Under the pieces are notes generated by a model. The model worked only from the letters and a program-made list of their open reading frames with translations. It made no database searches and was not told the DNA's origin. Below are positions 52,391-62,038 of a DNA stretch of 64,000 bases, in pieces (positions within the stretch are counted from its first letter, which is position 1; every line of letters begins with the position of its first letter). This DNA comes from an uncultured bacterium (GTDB taxonomy: Bacteria > Zixibacteria > MSB-5A5 > UBA10806), in the NCBI GenBank assembly GCA_965541585.1, contig CBEUCH010000012.1, positions 49,021-113,020 on the forward strand. The letters run 5' to 3'. The position numbers and the translations under genes were made by a program.

Positions 52391-52915
52391 ATGAAAATCA
52401 GATCCATAATGGCATCGGCTTTGCTCGGGGGGGCTATCATTATATTCGGTTGCGGCGATGATGAGAGAGTAAAGATCTCTCCGAAAACGCTGCCCGATCC
52501 CGAGCCGATTATCAAATCATCGGATTCTCCCGCCGTCGACGAGCTAACCGGGCGGTATGAACAATATTCAGAATTACCGCTGGAACTTCTAACGATTCAT
52601 TTTGACTACGACAAATATAAGCTGACACCTGAAGCGCTTGAGAACCTGGCTGTTAATGCCGCGGCCCTTTCTAATCATCCGGGGGCCATAATAAGGGTTG
52701 AGGGAAATTGCGACGAGCGAGGCACCGATGAATATAATCTGGCGTTAGGACAGAACAGGGCTCAGGCAGTGCAGAATTACCTGATAAAATACGGTATCGA
52801 TCCAGCCACGATTTCGATAATCACTTTTGGTGAATCCATGCCCGTTGATCGAAGTCATAATGAAAGGGCGTGGTCAATAAACAGACGTGCCGACTTTGTC
52901 GTCTTATCGGAATGA
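52391..52915 (+). CDS. pal: Second Pal/OmpA-like lipoprotein
   Basis: Lipobox IFGC; VEGNCDERGTDEYNLALGQNRA, INRRADF. Confidence 0.85.
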   Translation: MKIRSIMASALLGGAIIIFGCGDDERVKISPKTLPDPEPIIKSSDSPAVDELTGRYEQYSELPLELLTIHFDYDKYKLTPEALENLAVNAAALSNHPGAIIRVEGNCDERGTDEYNLALGQNRAQAVQNYLIKYGIDPATISIITFGESMPVDRSHNERAWSINRRADFVVLSE

Positions 52916-53036
52916 GACAATGTGACTCCCGGCCCGTAGAACGTCTGCCGTCAATACAACCATTTTTCTTGACATTCGGGGGGCGATACAGTAATTGCAA
53001 TTAGATTGAGAGTTGAATTAAAACAGGTGTGCTTGG

Positions 53037-53792
53037 ATGAATAATACTCGTTTCGTCATTTTATCGATAATTATCCTTATATTTGCGTCGGGATGCGCTA
53101 CCAGACGTCAGGTGCAGGAGTTGAAGATTGAGGTCCAGGCGATACGTTCTGATTTATACGGTATCCGGGCGGGGAATGCCCGTCTCGATTCCTTGTTTCG
53201 CTCCAGCATAGATCAATCGCGGAAGCTAAACGCCGATTTCGCCGCCTACGTTTCGCTGCTGGATGAACGAATGCAGATGGTTGAAGCTCGCCTTCAGGAT
53301 GCCATCACCCTGATAAACAGGGCCACGGGTGCCATCGAATCGAGGACGGCCATGCAGCAGCCCCGCACCTCAACTCCTGACACCGCAGGCGTAGATACAA
53401 CTGCCTCCTCAGGTCGTATGGATTGTCAGAAAATCTACAATTCCGCTTACCGCGACGTTGTCATGGAAAATTATGATCTGGCCGTTAGCGGTTTTGAAAG
53501 CTATGTCGAGAACTGCCCGAAAACAGCGCTTGCAGATAACGCCCGGTACTGGATCGGCGAATGCTATTATCTCCAGAAAAAATACGGGCCGGCCGAAAAG
53601 GCCTTTCAACAAATGATCGAGGATTACCCAAAGTCGGAGCGGCTGGCATCGGCTAAACTGAAGCTCGGGAAATCCATGTATAACCAGAGGTTTAAAACTA
53701 AGGCTAAATCTGTTTTCGAAGAAGTCGTGAAGAATTATCCCGGAACCGAGGAGGCCGGCGAAGCAGCCCAGATGCTGGGAAGATACCGGTAG
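53037..53792 (+). CDS. cpoB: Tol-Pal protein CpoB/YbgF
   Basis: Lipobox ASGC, coiled coil, TPRs ADNARYWIGECYY...YPKS..A.AKLK. Confidence 0.88.
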   Translation: MNNTRFVILSIIILIFASGCATRRQVQELKIEVQAIRSDLYGIRAGNARLDSLFRSSIDQSRKLNADFAAYVSLLDERMQMVEARLQDAITLINRATGAIESRTAMQQPRTSTPDTAGVDTTASSGRMDCQKIYNSAYRDVVMENYDLAVSGFESYVENCPKTALADNARYWIGECYYLQKKYGPAEKAFQQMIEDYPKSERLASAKLKLGKSMYNQRFKTKAKSVFEEVVKNYPGTEEAGEAAQMLGRYR

Positions 53793-53828
53793 CTGCGGGC
53801 ATATCCCGATCCGTAAGGTCTCGTCTGT

Positions 53829-55658
53829 TTAATCTTCCCTGTTCATTATTTCCGAAATGATCGATGATGCGTCTCCCGCAAGGTTCCGATAATATTCGGC
53901 TTCCTCGGTTTTGCCAAAGCGAAGGCAGTATTGCTCTCGCGCCAAAAAAGCTCTCTTATAGAACTGCAGCAGCTGCGCAATTCGCATTTCCCGGAAGATG
54001 AATCGGTTCCCCCAGTATGACCGCTCGAAATCGAACCGTGGCCGCTCCAGGAATTGATCCGACGTGTGGACTCGAAACAGGATACCGTCGGGAACGAGCG
54101 GCAGGGCCGAGATAAATTTACGGTCGCTAACCACGTTGGTATAAATCGGCCCAACTGCCGCCTCGTGCTCGACAATCGCAAGAAGCATCCTGTAATAGGC
54201 CTCATCTATCACGGCAGGATCGAAAGGAAGCCCTCTTTCAAACGGTTCCACCCGCCGTAGAAAATCCGCAATTTCCTTTTCCGATCTCCCGTATATTTCC
54301 GGGTGCATGCGCCGGATAAAATCGATATACCATGACCGCCTCATCAATTCCTTATCGAAAAGCACCCGGTTGCTATGCAGATTCTCCTCGAAATGGAAGT
54401 ACAGCCAGGGCGAGTAGAAATCCCAGTTTTCGATTATGGCCAATCCTCCCGGCTCCATATATTCGACCACGTCATATACTCCCTGACGCGCGAAGGTTTT
54501 CCTGCTTCGGTCCGATTCATAGAAGTTATCGATAAAACTAGACAGGGGAAAGGCGAGGATTACTGTTCCCAGAATATACTTCAAAGGCCTTATTGTGCTA
54601 AACGCCTTCAAGGTTGCAATTGACAAATAATACAGAGCCGATGCCATGAATACAGTTAGGATCAGTATCATAGGAAGGTAATATGATTCTATGTCTATTA
54701 TCTGATAGCTTGTGGCATAAATGAAATTAAACAGGATAATGAGCAGAGCGAAAATGCTGAATTGCCTTTTCTTGAGAAAAGTCATTATGAGTCCCGTAGT
54801 TACCAGGAATGACCCCAACCATCCAAATTGCGCCAGGATCAATTTGCCGACGTAGGATATTTTGCTCAATAACAGGGAAAAGCCGAAATTCGGATCTGAA
54901 AACATCCAGATTCTGTATTGCCAGCCGGAAATATGTTTGAAAAGGAAGTAAGGATCAGCTACCCCGCCCCAGTTCAAAAACGGCTTAAACTGGGCCCGGA
55001 TCGGCAGGAATAGATATAGAGTCAGCGGAATTATTAAAAAAGCCAATATCATAGAGAGGTTTTTTACCCGAATTCGTTTGAAGTGAGCTATCAGAATATA
55101 GATGTATCCGGGCAGCAGATATATGGCGGATAGATGATTTACCAGGGATAACCCCAGCGTATAAGAAGACAGAATTAGCCATCGGAGATGATCATCATCC
55201 TTGCCCGTATATCTGACTAAACAGTTGATGGAGATGGCCACTAAAAGCAAATTCAGAGAATAAACTTCGTTCGTCGTTCCCTGTGCCCACCAGATCGGTG
55301 AGAAGGATGTAAATAAGGCTACAGATGATGAGATCAGTAGATTCCAGATGCGATTTCTGTCGCCGGTTGAAATTATATTTGAGATAAGAAGGAAAAGGAA
55401 TCCCGATGCGAGCGAGGTGAAGATAAGGGAGAGAATGTTTACTCTCTGAATCAGGTCTCCCCATAGTAATATCGTCGCCAGCCGGCCCAGGATAGTGTAC
55501 AGGGGATATCCGGTGGGATGGGAAATGGCAAAATCTTTGCAAACCAAAGCGAGCTCACCCGAATCGATAAACTCCACCGTAGGGCAGACGGTCAGATTAT
55601 ATCCGATGGCGGCAATTCCAATTACTATAAGGAAGAAAACTGTCCGGCCTTTATCCAT
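53829..55658 (-). CDS. DUF2723 / TMEM260-like GT-C membrane glycosyltransferase
   Basis: DSGEL, SHPTGYPLY, EVYSL, NHL, Y.FLPIRA..P.LNWG; many TMs. Confidence 0.82.
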   Translation of the reverse strand: MDKGRTVFFLIVIGIAAIGYNLTVCPTVEFIDSGELALVCKDFAISHPTGYPLYTILGRLATILLWGDLIQRVNILSLIFTSLASGFLFLLISNIISTGDRNRIWNLLISSSVALFTSFSPIWWAQGTTNEVYSLNLLLVAISINCLVRYTGKDDDHLRWLILSSYTLGLSLVNHLSAIYLLPGYIYILIAHFKRIRVKNLSMILAFLIIPLTLYLFLPIRAQFKPFLNWGGVADPYFLFKHISGWQYRIWMFSDPNFGFSLLLSKISYVGKLILAQFGWLGSFLVTTGLIMTFLKKRQFSIFALLIILFNFIYATSYQIIDIESYYLPMILILTVFMASALYYLSIATLKAFSTIRPLKYILGTVILAFPLSSFIDNFYESDRSRKTFARQGVYDVVEYMEPGGLAIIENWDFYSPWLYFHFEENLHSNRVLFDKELMRRSWYIDFIRRMHPEIYGRSEKEIADFLRRVEPFERGLPFDPAVIDEAYYRMLLAIVEHEAAVGPIYTNVVSDRKFISALPLVPDGILFRVHTSDQFLERPRFDFERSYWGNRFIFREMRIAQLLQFYKRAFLAREQYCLRFGKTEEAEYYRNLAGDASSIISEIMNRED

Positions 55659-55738
55659 AAAGAAGTCCGCCTAAAAAGGCAAATTATCCGGCGGACATAA
55701 AGATGGAGGCGAGGATACCTTCAATCTAAAGTATGCTC

Positions 55739-56152
55739 CTAAAAGGGCAAATCGTCGTCATCGGCGGGCGCCTTAGGCTCCGGTGTTTCAGGAGGCTCCG
55801 GTGCGGCTCGCTCCGCCTGACCCCTGCTTCCCAGCAGCTGCAACCGATGAGCTACTATATCGGTGCGGTATCTTTTAATACCGTCTTTATCATCGTAACT
55901 GCGGTATTGAATCCTGCCCTCGATGTATACGGGACTGCCCTTTTTAAGATATTCATTGGCGATCTCGGCGGTCCGTCTCCAGCAAACGATGTTATGCCAA
56001 TCGGTTCTCTCCTGCTGCTCGCCCTCTTTGTTTTTGAATTTCTCCGTGGTTGCGATTCTAAAACTCGCCACCGCCTGGCCGCCCGGAGTATAACGAAGCT
56101 CCGGATCGGCCCCAAGATTGCCAATCAGTATCGCTTTGTTTACCGATGCCAT
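55739..56152 (-). CDS. ssb: Single-stranded DNA-binding protein
   Basis: [30 protein letters not shown]-terminal DDDLPF. Confidence 0.97.
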   Translation of the reverse strand: MASVNKAILIGNLGADPELRYTPGGQAVASFRIATTEKFKNKEGEQQERTDWHNIVCWRRTAEIANEYLKKGSPVYIEGRIQYRSYDDKDGIKRYRTDIVAHRLQLLGSRGQAERAAPEPPETPEPKAPADDDDLPF

Positions 56153-56177
56153 CGAATCCTCCTTGGTGATTTTCCGT

Positions 56178-56206
56178 ATTATAATCCCCGGCTCCCTCCA
56201 TGTCAA
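56178..56206 (-). promoter_or_regulatory. Consensus sigma70 promoter of ssb
   Basis: Minus strand TTGACA-N17-TATAAT, exact consensus. Confidence 0.85.
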
Positions 56207-56365
56207 TCTGAGATTTTGCTTGCCTGCGTATCGCTGTTTTGATACGTTTGGATCAGATGAAAATCGCGCTCGTACAAGCCGAATTTATCCTCGCCGCTTT
56301 AAAGGACAACCTTGACAAACAACCTGGATATATATAGAAAGCAAAAGAGGTTAAAGGGACAATCG

Positions 56366-57196
56366 ATGGGTAAACAACAAGAGCTCAATCTCGACGTTGA
56401 AAAGGCTACGAGCTTTTTGACCAGGTTCATCAGCGATGAGCTTTCCAGGGCAGGCTTTGATAATCTCGTCGTCGGGGTTTCCGGTGGATTGGACTCGGGG
56501 GTGGTAACATTTCTCTCGGCCAGGGCTATTGGCAGCCAGAATGTTCTCGGCGTCATATTGCCATATAAAGACTCCGATCCCGGGAATATCGAGGACGCCA
56601 ATGACATCATATCCAGAACGGGCGTAAAGAAACATGTTGTCGATATCACACCACAGGTTGATCCGTATTTTGTAAAATTCCCGGAGGCGGATAAGAACCG
56701 GCGGGGGAATAAGATGGCTCGCGAGAGAATGAGCATCTTATACGACCTTTCAGCCGCCGAAAAAGCTCTCGTGATAGGAACATCGAACAAAAGCGAAATC
56801 CTCCTCGGCTACGGAACGATCTTCGGCGATCTGGCATGTGCCATCAACCCGCTCGGAGATCTCTATAAAACCCAGGTGCGGATCCTGGCGAAGCATCTCG
56901 GCGTTCCGGAAAAGATCATAGCCAAGCCCCCGTCAGCGGATCTTTATGTTGGACAATCGGACGAGGGGGAGTTTGGCTTCACTTACGAGGGCGTGGACAG
57001 ACTTCTATATCTGTTGGTCGACGGAAAGTATACACCTGATCAGTGTGAAAAGGAGGGTTTTGATAAAAAACTGGTAGAAAAGGTCATCAAGATGATTGCA
57101 AACAACAAGTTCAAGAGATCTGCGCCGGTGATCGCAAAGTTCTGCGACCGCACGGTTGGAACAGATTTCCTCCACCCCGAGGACCGGGGAAAATGA
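56366..57196 (+). CDS. nadE: NH3-dependent NAD+ synthetase
   Basis: SGGLDS, GNKMARERM, GTSNKSE, LYKTQV, KPPSADL. Confidence 0.95.
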   Translation: MGKQQELNLDVEKATSFLTRFISDELSRAGFDNLVVGVSGGLDSGVVTFLSARAIGSQNVLGVILPYKDSDPGNIEDANDIISRTGVKKHVVDITPQVDPYFVKFPEADKNRRGNKMARERMSILYDLSAAEKALVIGTSNKSEILLGYGTIFGDLACAINPLGDLYKTQVRILAKHLGVPEKIIAKPPSADLYVGQSDEGEFGFTYEGVDRLLYLLVDGKYTPDQCEKEGFDKKLVEKVIKMIANNKFKRSAPVIAKFCDRTVGTDFLHPEDRGK

Positions 57197-57891
57197 CATC
57201 CGGGCAAGATCCTGCTGGAATCCTATATATAGTCGCTACCCCCATAGGGAATCTGGGCGACATTTCCGAGCGGGCGATTGAAACTCTCAAAAGAGTCGAT
57301 CTGATAGCATCTGAAGATACACGCACGAGCAATATCCTTCTTTCCCGTTTCAATATAAAAACAGCCCGAACCAGCTACCATGACCATAATGAAAGATCGA
57401 AGGCTCCGAAGATAATCGATGCTATCCTGGCAGGTAAGTCGGTGGCGCTGATCAGCGATGCCGGGACACCGTTGATCTCTGATCCCGGTTATACGCTGGT
57501 CAATATGGCGATTACCGAGGGGATCGAAATAGTCCCCATCCCCGGCCCGTCTGCGATTCTGGCAGCCCTGGTATCTTCCGGCTTTCCGACCGATAGGTTC
57601 TGTTTCGAGGGCTATCCGCCGAGAACGGGGGGAAAGCTAAAGCGTTTTTTCGAGAGATTGACCGATGAACGCCGTACCATTGTATTTTTTGAAACGCCGC
57701 ATCGAATCAAAAAAGATCTATTGGCGATGTTAAATATTCTTGGCGACAGGGAGATTTTTGTGGGGCGCGAGCTAACCAAGAAATTTGAGGAGAAATGGCG
57801 CGGCACTATCTCCGCAATTCTGAAGAATATCCAGGATAGGACCATTAAAGGAGAAGTTATCGTTGTCGTCCGCGGATACGAGAATAAGTAA
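57193..57891 (+). CDS. rsmI: 16S rRNA C1402 2'-O-methyltransferase
   Basis: LYIVATPIGNLGDIS, EDTR, SDAGTPLISDPG, RELTKKFEE. Confidence 0.95.
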   Translation: MTSGQDPAGILYIVATPIGNLGDISERAIETLKRVDLIASEDTRTSNILLSRFNIKTARTSYHDHNERSKAPKIIDAILAGKSVALISDAGTPLISDPGYTLVNMAITEGIEIVPIPGPSAILAALVSSGFPTDRFCFEGYPPRTGGKLKRFFERLTDERRTIVFFETPHRIKKDLLAMLNILGDREIFVGRELTKKFEEKWRGTISAILKNIQDRTIKGEVIVVVRGYENK

Positions 57892-58834
57892 TCCCGCTAT
57901 CAGGTTCAGGCCGTTGGATATAGCAACCCTGGCATATATTTTCATAGAGCTGATGATCGTCCTTACATTTATGGTTAGCAGACCGGGATGGTTTTATCTT
58001 TTTTTATTCTATATGGCCGCCGCCGGCATCGTATTTCTAATCGTTATTTTTGACCTGACGGCTACGGGATCTTTCTGGAGGGCTCTAAGGCTGGTCTATC
58101 CGTTGTTTTTGTTCCTATTCTTCCGCAAAACGATGGAGCCACAGATATTTCTGGTTTTTGATCATTCCTTTGATTCTCATGTGGTAGCCCTGGAGAAAAT
58201 GATTTTCGGTGTTGATCCGGCATTTGCCCTGCAGCAATATCTCGAGGTCTGGTTGAACGAATTAATGAGTATCAGCTATATTTCTTGTTTTCTCATCTTG
58301 CCCGTGTCGGCTGCAGTAATGCTGTTCAAAAAAAGATGGGGGGCCCTGGAACGGCTGGTTTTGGCTAGCGCCGTTGTTCTCTATGTTTGCCATCTCATTT
58401 TTATCTTCTACCCGGTTTTGGGTCCACGGTTTTTCTTAAGTGATCAATACTATCTTCCCATTGTAGGGCCTTTTTTCACGCCGCTGACAGAACGTCTCCT
58501 CGCCGGGGCCGGACTCTACGGGGCCGCCATGCCCTCCTTCCCATGCGCAGTGGCCCTGGTGGCGGTGTGGATTTTAGCCAGGGAGGTTCCGAAAACCGCG
58601 ATTCCGTCGTTTGTTTTGCTATCCCTGGTCTGTGCCGGTTCCGTTTACGGACGATATCATTATGTCAGCGATGTGTTTGCTGGTCTGCTTATCGGCGGAG
58701 TGATCCTCTGGCTAACAGGTTCCTGGCAAGGAAAATTCGATATTCGGATCGCGGATTTGACTTCTGGGGAATCATCAAGTGTTTTGAGGAACGCCGGAAA
58801 AGAGTCTGCTGAGAGACCGAATCCACTATTATGA
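57863..58834 (+). CDS. PAP2 / AUR1 (inositol-phosphoceramide synthase)-like membrane protein
   Basis: Multi-TM; YPVLGPRF, AAMPS, GRYHYVSDVFAG; TTG after AAGGAG. Confidence 0.75.
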   Translation: MSSADTRISNPAIRFRPLDIATLAYIFIELMIVLTFMVSRPGWFYLFLFYMAAAGIVFLIVIFDLTATGSFWRALRLVYPLFLFLFFRKTMEPQIFLVFDHSFDSHVVALEKMIFGVDPAFALQQYLEVWLNELMSISYISCFLILPVSAAVMLFKKRWGALERLVLASAVVLYVCHLIFIFYPVLGPRFFLSDQYYLPIVGPFFTPLTERLLAGAGLYGAAMPSFPCAVALVAVWILAREVPKTAIPSFVLLSLVCAGSVYGRYHYVSDVFAGLLIGGVILWLTGSWQGKFDIRIADLTSGESSSVLRNAGKESAERPNPLL

Positions 58835-58984
58835 TCTTTTTTTTAGTGATGGGAAAATTCGTTCGAATGAGCTATATTTGGTGGGCAAGGTGTGGATGCC
58901 GGATTGCATGACCTGGTCGGCATTTAGTGATTTTGCTTGACAGAGATGGAGATACGGCTATTTTCCTGATCCCGTAAGGACAAA

Positions 58985-59614
58985 ATGAGAATTTTAAGCA
59001 AGCATTTCATAAATGGTTTTTATGCCTTTTTCAATCCTGTGGGCGACTTTCTTGAAAGCGCTAATATTCACCCTCATGTTGTTACCGTCTCCGGGTTTTT
59101 TCTTACAATCATAGCCGCCGGGTTTTTCTGGAATGGACACATGTTCCTCGGTGGTATCATCCTGATATTGGCGGGTGCTTGCGATGCACTTGACGGTCGT
59201 CTGGCGAGGAAAACAAACCGCACAAGCGATTTCGGAGCCATACTCGATTCGACACTAGACAGGTATTCTGAGATCGTGGTTTTCATCGGGTTGGCGGCCT
59301 TTTTTCATTCGGCTATCATGAGCGCTATCATTATCATGGCTATCGCGGGCTCGCTCTTAACAGCGTACATCAGGGCCAGGGCTGAAGGCCTGGGGCTGGA
59401 ATGCAAAATCGGCTTGATGCAGCGGCCCGAAAGAGTTACATTTATTGCAGTTGGCGCTGTCATCGGGGCAATGATTGACTTCATCTTTGGAACCCACCAG
59501 CCGCTTTTGAAACTGGCCATCCTGGGAATCGCCATACTGGGAAATATCACGGTTATCCAGAGGGTGCTTCATGTCAGGACGCAATTGAAGAATGGAATAG
59601 AAAAGGAGCAATAA
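58985..59614 (+). CDS. CDP-alcohol phosphatidyltransferase, phosphatidylinositol(-phosphate) synthase type
   Basis: D.LDG.LAR...[31 protein letters not shown]; adjacent to ino1. Confidence 0.85.
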   Translation: MRILSKHFINGFYAFFNPVGDFLESANIHPHVVTVSGFFLTIIAAGFFWNGHMFLGGIILILAGACDALDGRLARKTNRTSDFGAILDSTLDRYSEIVVFIGLAAFFHSAIMSAIIIMAIAGSLLTAYIRARAEGLGLECKIGLMQRPERVTFIAVGAVIGAMIDFIFGTHQPLLKLAILGIAILGNITVIQRVLHVRTQLKNGIEKEQ

Positions 59615-60813
59615 TGGCGAAAGTCAGAGTTGGAATTATAGGGGTCGGTAATTGCGCATCCTCATTCGTTCAGGGTGTTGAGTATTATAAAAAAGCCGCC
59701 AAGGAAGATTTCGTGCCCGGTCTTATGCATGTCGACCTGGGCGGTTACCATATCTCCGATATCGAATTCTCAGCGGCTATAGATATCGACAAGAGGAAAG
59801 TCGGCAAAGACCTCTCCCGCGCCATATTCACCTATCCGAATAATACCTATAAATTCTCAAATGTGCCGAAAACAGGCGTAAAAGTCATCCGCGGCATGAC
59901 TCATGACGGGCTGGGCCATTATCTCAAAAAGATCATCGAACCCGCTCCCGGGCGCACCGCAGATATCGTCAAGGTCCTCAAAGATACCGGCACCGACGTT
60001 GTTGTGAATTATCTGCCCGTTGGCTCCGAGGAGGCCACCAAGTGGTATGTGGAGCAGATTCTTGACGCTGGCTGCGGTTTTGTCAATTGCATACCTGTTT
60101 TTATAGCCCGCGAATCTTACTGGCAGGATCGCTTTAAACAGCGCGGCCTGCCGATGATAGGTGATGACATCAAATCTCAGGTCGGCGCAACCATCGTGCA
60201 TCGCGTCCTAACCCGCCTTTTCCTTGAGAGAGGAGTAAAGCTTGAACGCACCAGCCAGCTCAATATCGGCGGCAACATGGATTTCTACAACATGCTGGAG
60301 AGGGCGCGCCTGGAATCCAAGAAGATCTCCAAGACCGACGCTGTTACCAGCCAGCTCGATTACGATATCGGCAAGGGCAACGTCCATATCGGGCCGTCAG
60401 ACTACGTGGAATGGCTGACAGATCGCAAATGGGCGCATATCCGCCTCGAGGGGCGCACTTTCGGCGACGTGCCTTTGAATATTGAAATGAAGCTCGAGGT
60501 CTGGGATTCGCCTAACTCCGCCGGCGTGGTTATAGATGCCGTCCGCTGCTGTAAATTGGCTATGGAGAACAACATCACCGGATCGCTATTGGGGCCGTCG
60601 TCATACTTCATGAAATCCCCGCCGGAACAGTATCACGACGACGAAGCCCGCGACAAAACCGAGGAGTTCATCGTCAAATACGGCAAAGCGGTCGATTTAG
60701 GGGGCAACGGTAAGAAGCCGAAAAAGACCAAATTGCGGATCGTCAAGGCGGCGGAAAAACCGAAGTCTCGGGTGAAACTTGCCAGGAAGAAAAGGATGTC
60801 GAAGGCAAAGTAA
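59614..60813 (+). CDS. ino1: myo-inositol-1-phosphate synthase
   Basis: [42 protein letters not shown]. Confidence 0.95.
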   Translation: MAKVRVGIIGVGNCASSFVQGVEYYKKAAKEDFVPGLMHVDLGGYHISDIEFSAAIDIDKRKVGKDLSRAIFTYPNNTYKFSNVPKTGVKVIRGMTHDGLGHYLKKIIEPAPGRTADIVKVLKDTGTDVVVNYLPVGSEEATKWYVEQILDAGCGFVNCIPVFIARESYWQDRFKQRGLPMIGDDIKSQVGATIVHRVLTRLFLERGVKLERTSQLNIGGNMDFYNMLERARLESKKISKTDAVTSQLDYDIGKGNVHIGPSDYVEWLTDRKWAHIRLEGRTFGDVPLNIEMKLEVWDSPNSAGVVIDAVRCCKLAMENNITGSLLGPSSYFMKSPPEQYHDDEARDKTEEFIVKYGKAVDLGGNGKKPKKTKLRIVKAAEKPKSRVKLARKKRMSKAK

Positions 60814-60828
60814 TTTTATAGTTATTCG

Positions 60829-60880
60829 TGGCGTCAAGTCTCTCTACGAGTCGTATGACTGCACTTGACGCCATTTTTAT
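60829..60880 (+). terminator. Hairpin terminator after ino1
   Basis: TGGCGTCAAGT...ACTTGACGCCA plus TTTTT. Confidence 0.6.
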
Positions 60881-60893
60881 TTTGTCCTTAGCA

Positions 60894-60927
60894 TCAGGTC
60901 ACGTTTCACTACGACCTGACGGAACGG
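60894..60927. repeat. REP-like hairpin, family F copy 2
   Basis: TCAGGTCACG...ACTACGACCTGACGGAACGG; compare 15993-16031. Confidence 0.7.
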
Positions 60928-60935
60928 GGGTTATT

Positions 60936-61670
60936 TCACATTAAATCTATATAATGTTCAAACACATCGAAAAAGTCATCATCATAAGGTCCTTCGACTC
61001 CTTGGATTTGCCATAAACCTGATTCCCTAACCTGACATTTAGGTGATGTTCTCCCAAGCCATATCTCCGACGGTTCGTCAGGGTTTTCACCGTCGCTTAA
61101 AAGACCTATTATTTTGCTTTCCAAGTACTTTCTATCGTTGCGGTTAGACTTATATTTTTTATTATCCCTTTCGGGATCGACCCTAAGAATTAAGAATGGC
61201 AGATTTCTTATGTATCTACTAACATCTCCTTCAAGTTCTATTTCATCGTTTCTGGTTTCACGGTTTGCATGGTTTCTAATAGCCCATGTCGGATAATTAA
61301 GATCATCTCTTTTAATCATGGCTTGACCGACTAATTCCCTGAATTTTGAATTCCGATGATCTCCTCCCATATTTCCTATGTTGCCTTTATGTTTCTTTAA
61401 CCGCTCCCATAAAGTGGATTTACCAATGTCTTTTTTTATAGCATGAGTGCCAACCCGAACTACTCTTAATGCATTGCTATTCTCTCTTTCTTCCTTTTCA
61501 TCAAAAAAGAAATAAATTCCTCTTTTGCATATTTTCCAATAAGGTAAGCGACCATTACACTGTGCTAATTTGATATAATTCCAATTCTCAAATCCAAGTT
61601 TGTTACGACAAATTCCCTTAAGTTTATCCAGTAACCCGTAAAATCGATTTAAATCATCTAAGTATGGCAT
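60936..61670 (-). CDS. AT-rich hypothetical protein, GIY-YIG nuclease-like
   Basis: RGIYFFF...VVRVG...L.ERL.KH...YLE..II pattern; AGGAGG SD. Confidence 0.6.
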   Translation of the reverse strand: MPYLDDLNRFYGLLDKLKGICRNKLGFENWNYIKLAQCNGRLPYWKICKRGIYFFFDEKEERENSNALRVVRVGTHAIKKDIGKSTLWERLKKHKGNIGNMGGDHRNSKFRELVGQAMIKRDDLNYPTWAIRNHANRETRNDEIELEGDVSRYIRNLPFLILRVDPERDNKKYKSNRNDRKYLESKIIGLLSDGENPDEPSEIWLGRTSPKCQVRESGLWQIQGVEGPYDDDFFDVFEHYIDLM

Positions 61671-61829
61671 ATCTCCTCCTTAAATAATTATCTATTTTCG
61701 AGCGGTTTTCTTACTGTCATTTGCCAACACCCCACAGAAATTAAAAGTTCACCAAGTAAAACGAATCTACTACAAATCTATATTCCGACTACTATTCAAA
61801 ATATAAATTTTCCAATCCTTTACTCCCGC

Positions 61830-61960
61830 CGGGTGCCAGCCTCAAACTTGTTTGGGGGTGGATCGAAGCAATGTCCTCATCAATCCCAAACGAGTTTGGG
61901 ATTGCCACCCAATCGCTTTATCTGTAATGCGTGTGACGTCAGGTCATCCGGCCTGACGCC
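61830..61960. repeat. Family C REP doublet copy 3 plus GTCAGG hairpin
   Basis: GGGTGCCAGCCTCAAACTTGTTTGGGGGTG...AATCCCAAACGAGTTTGGGATTGCCACCC; then CGTCAGG...CCTGACG. Confidence 0.8.
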
Positions 61961-62038
61961 TTTTCTTATTATACATATCTCGCCCTAAACAATCCCTTGC
62001 CATATACAGATTTCTAATATAAAATAGCTCCGCCACTT

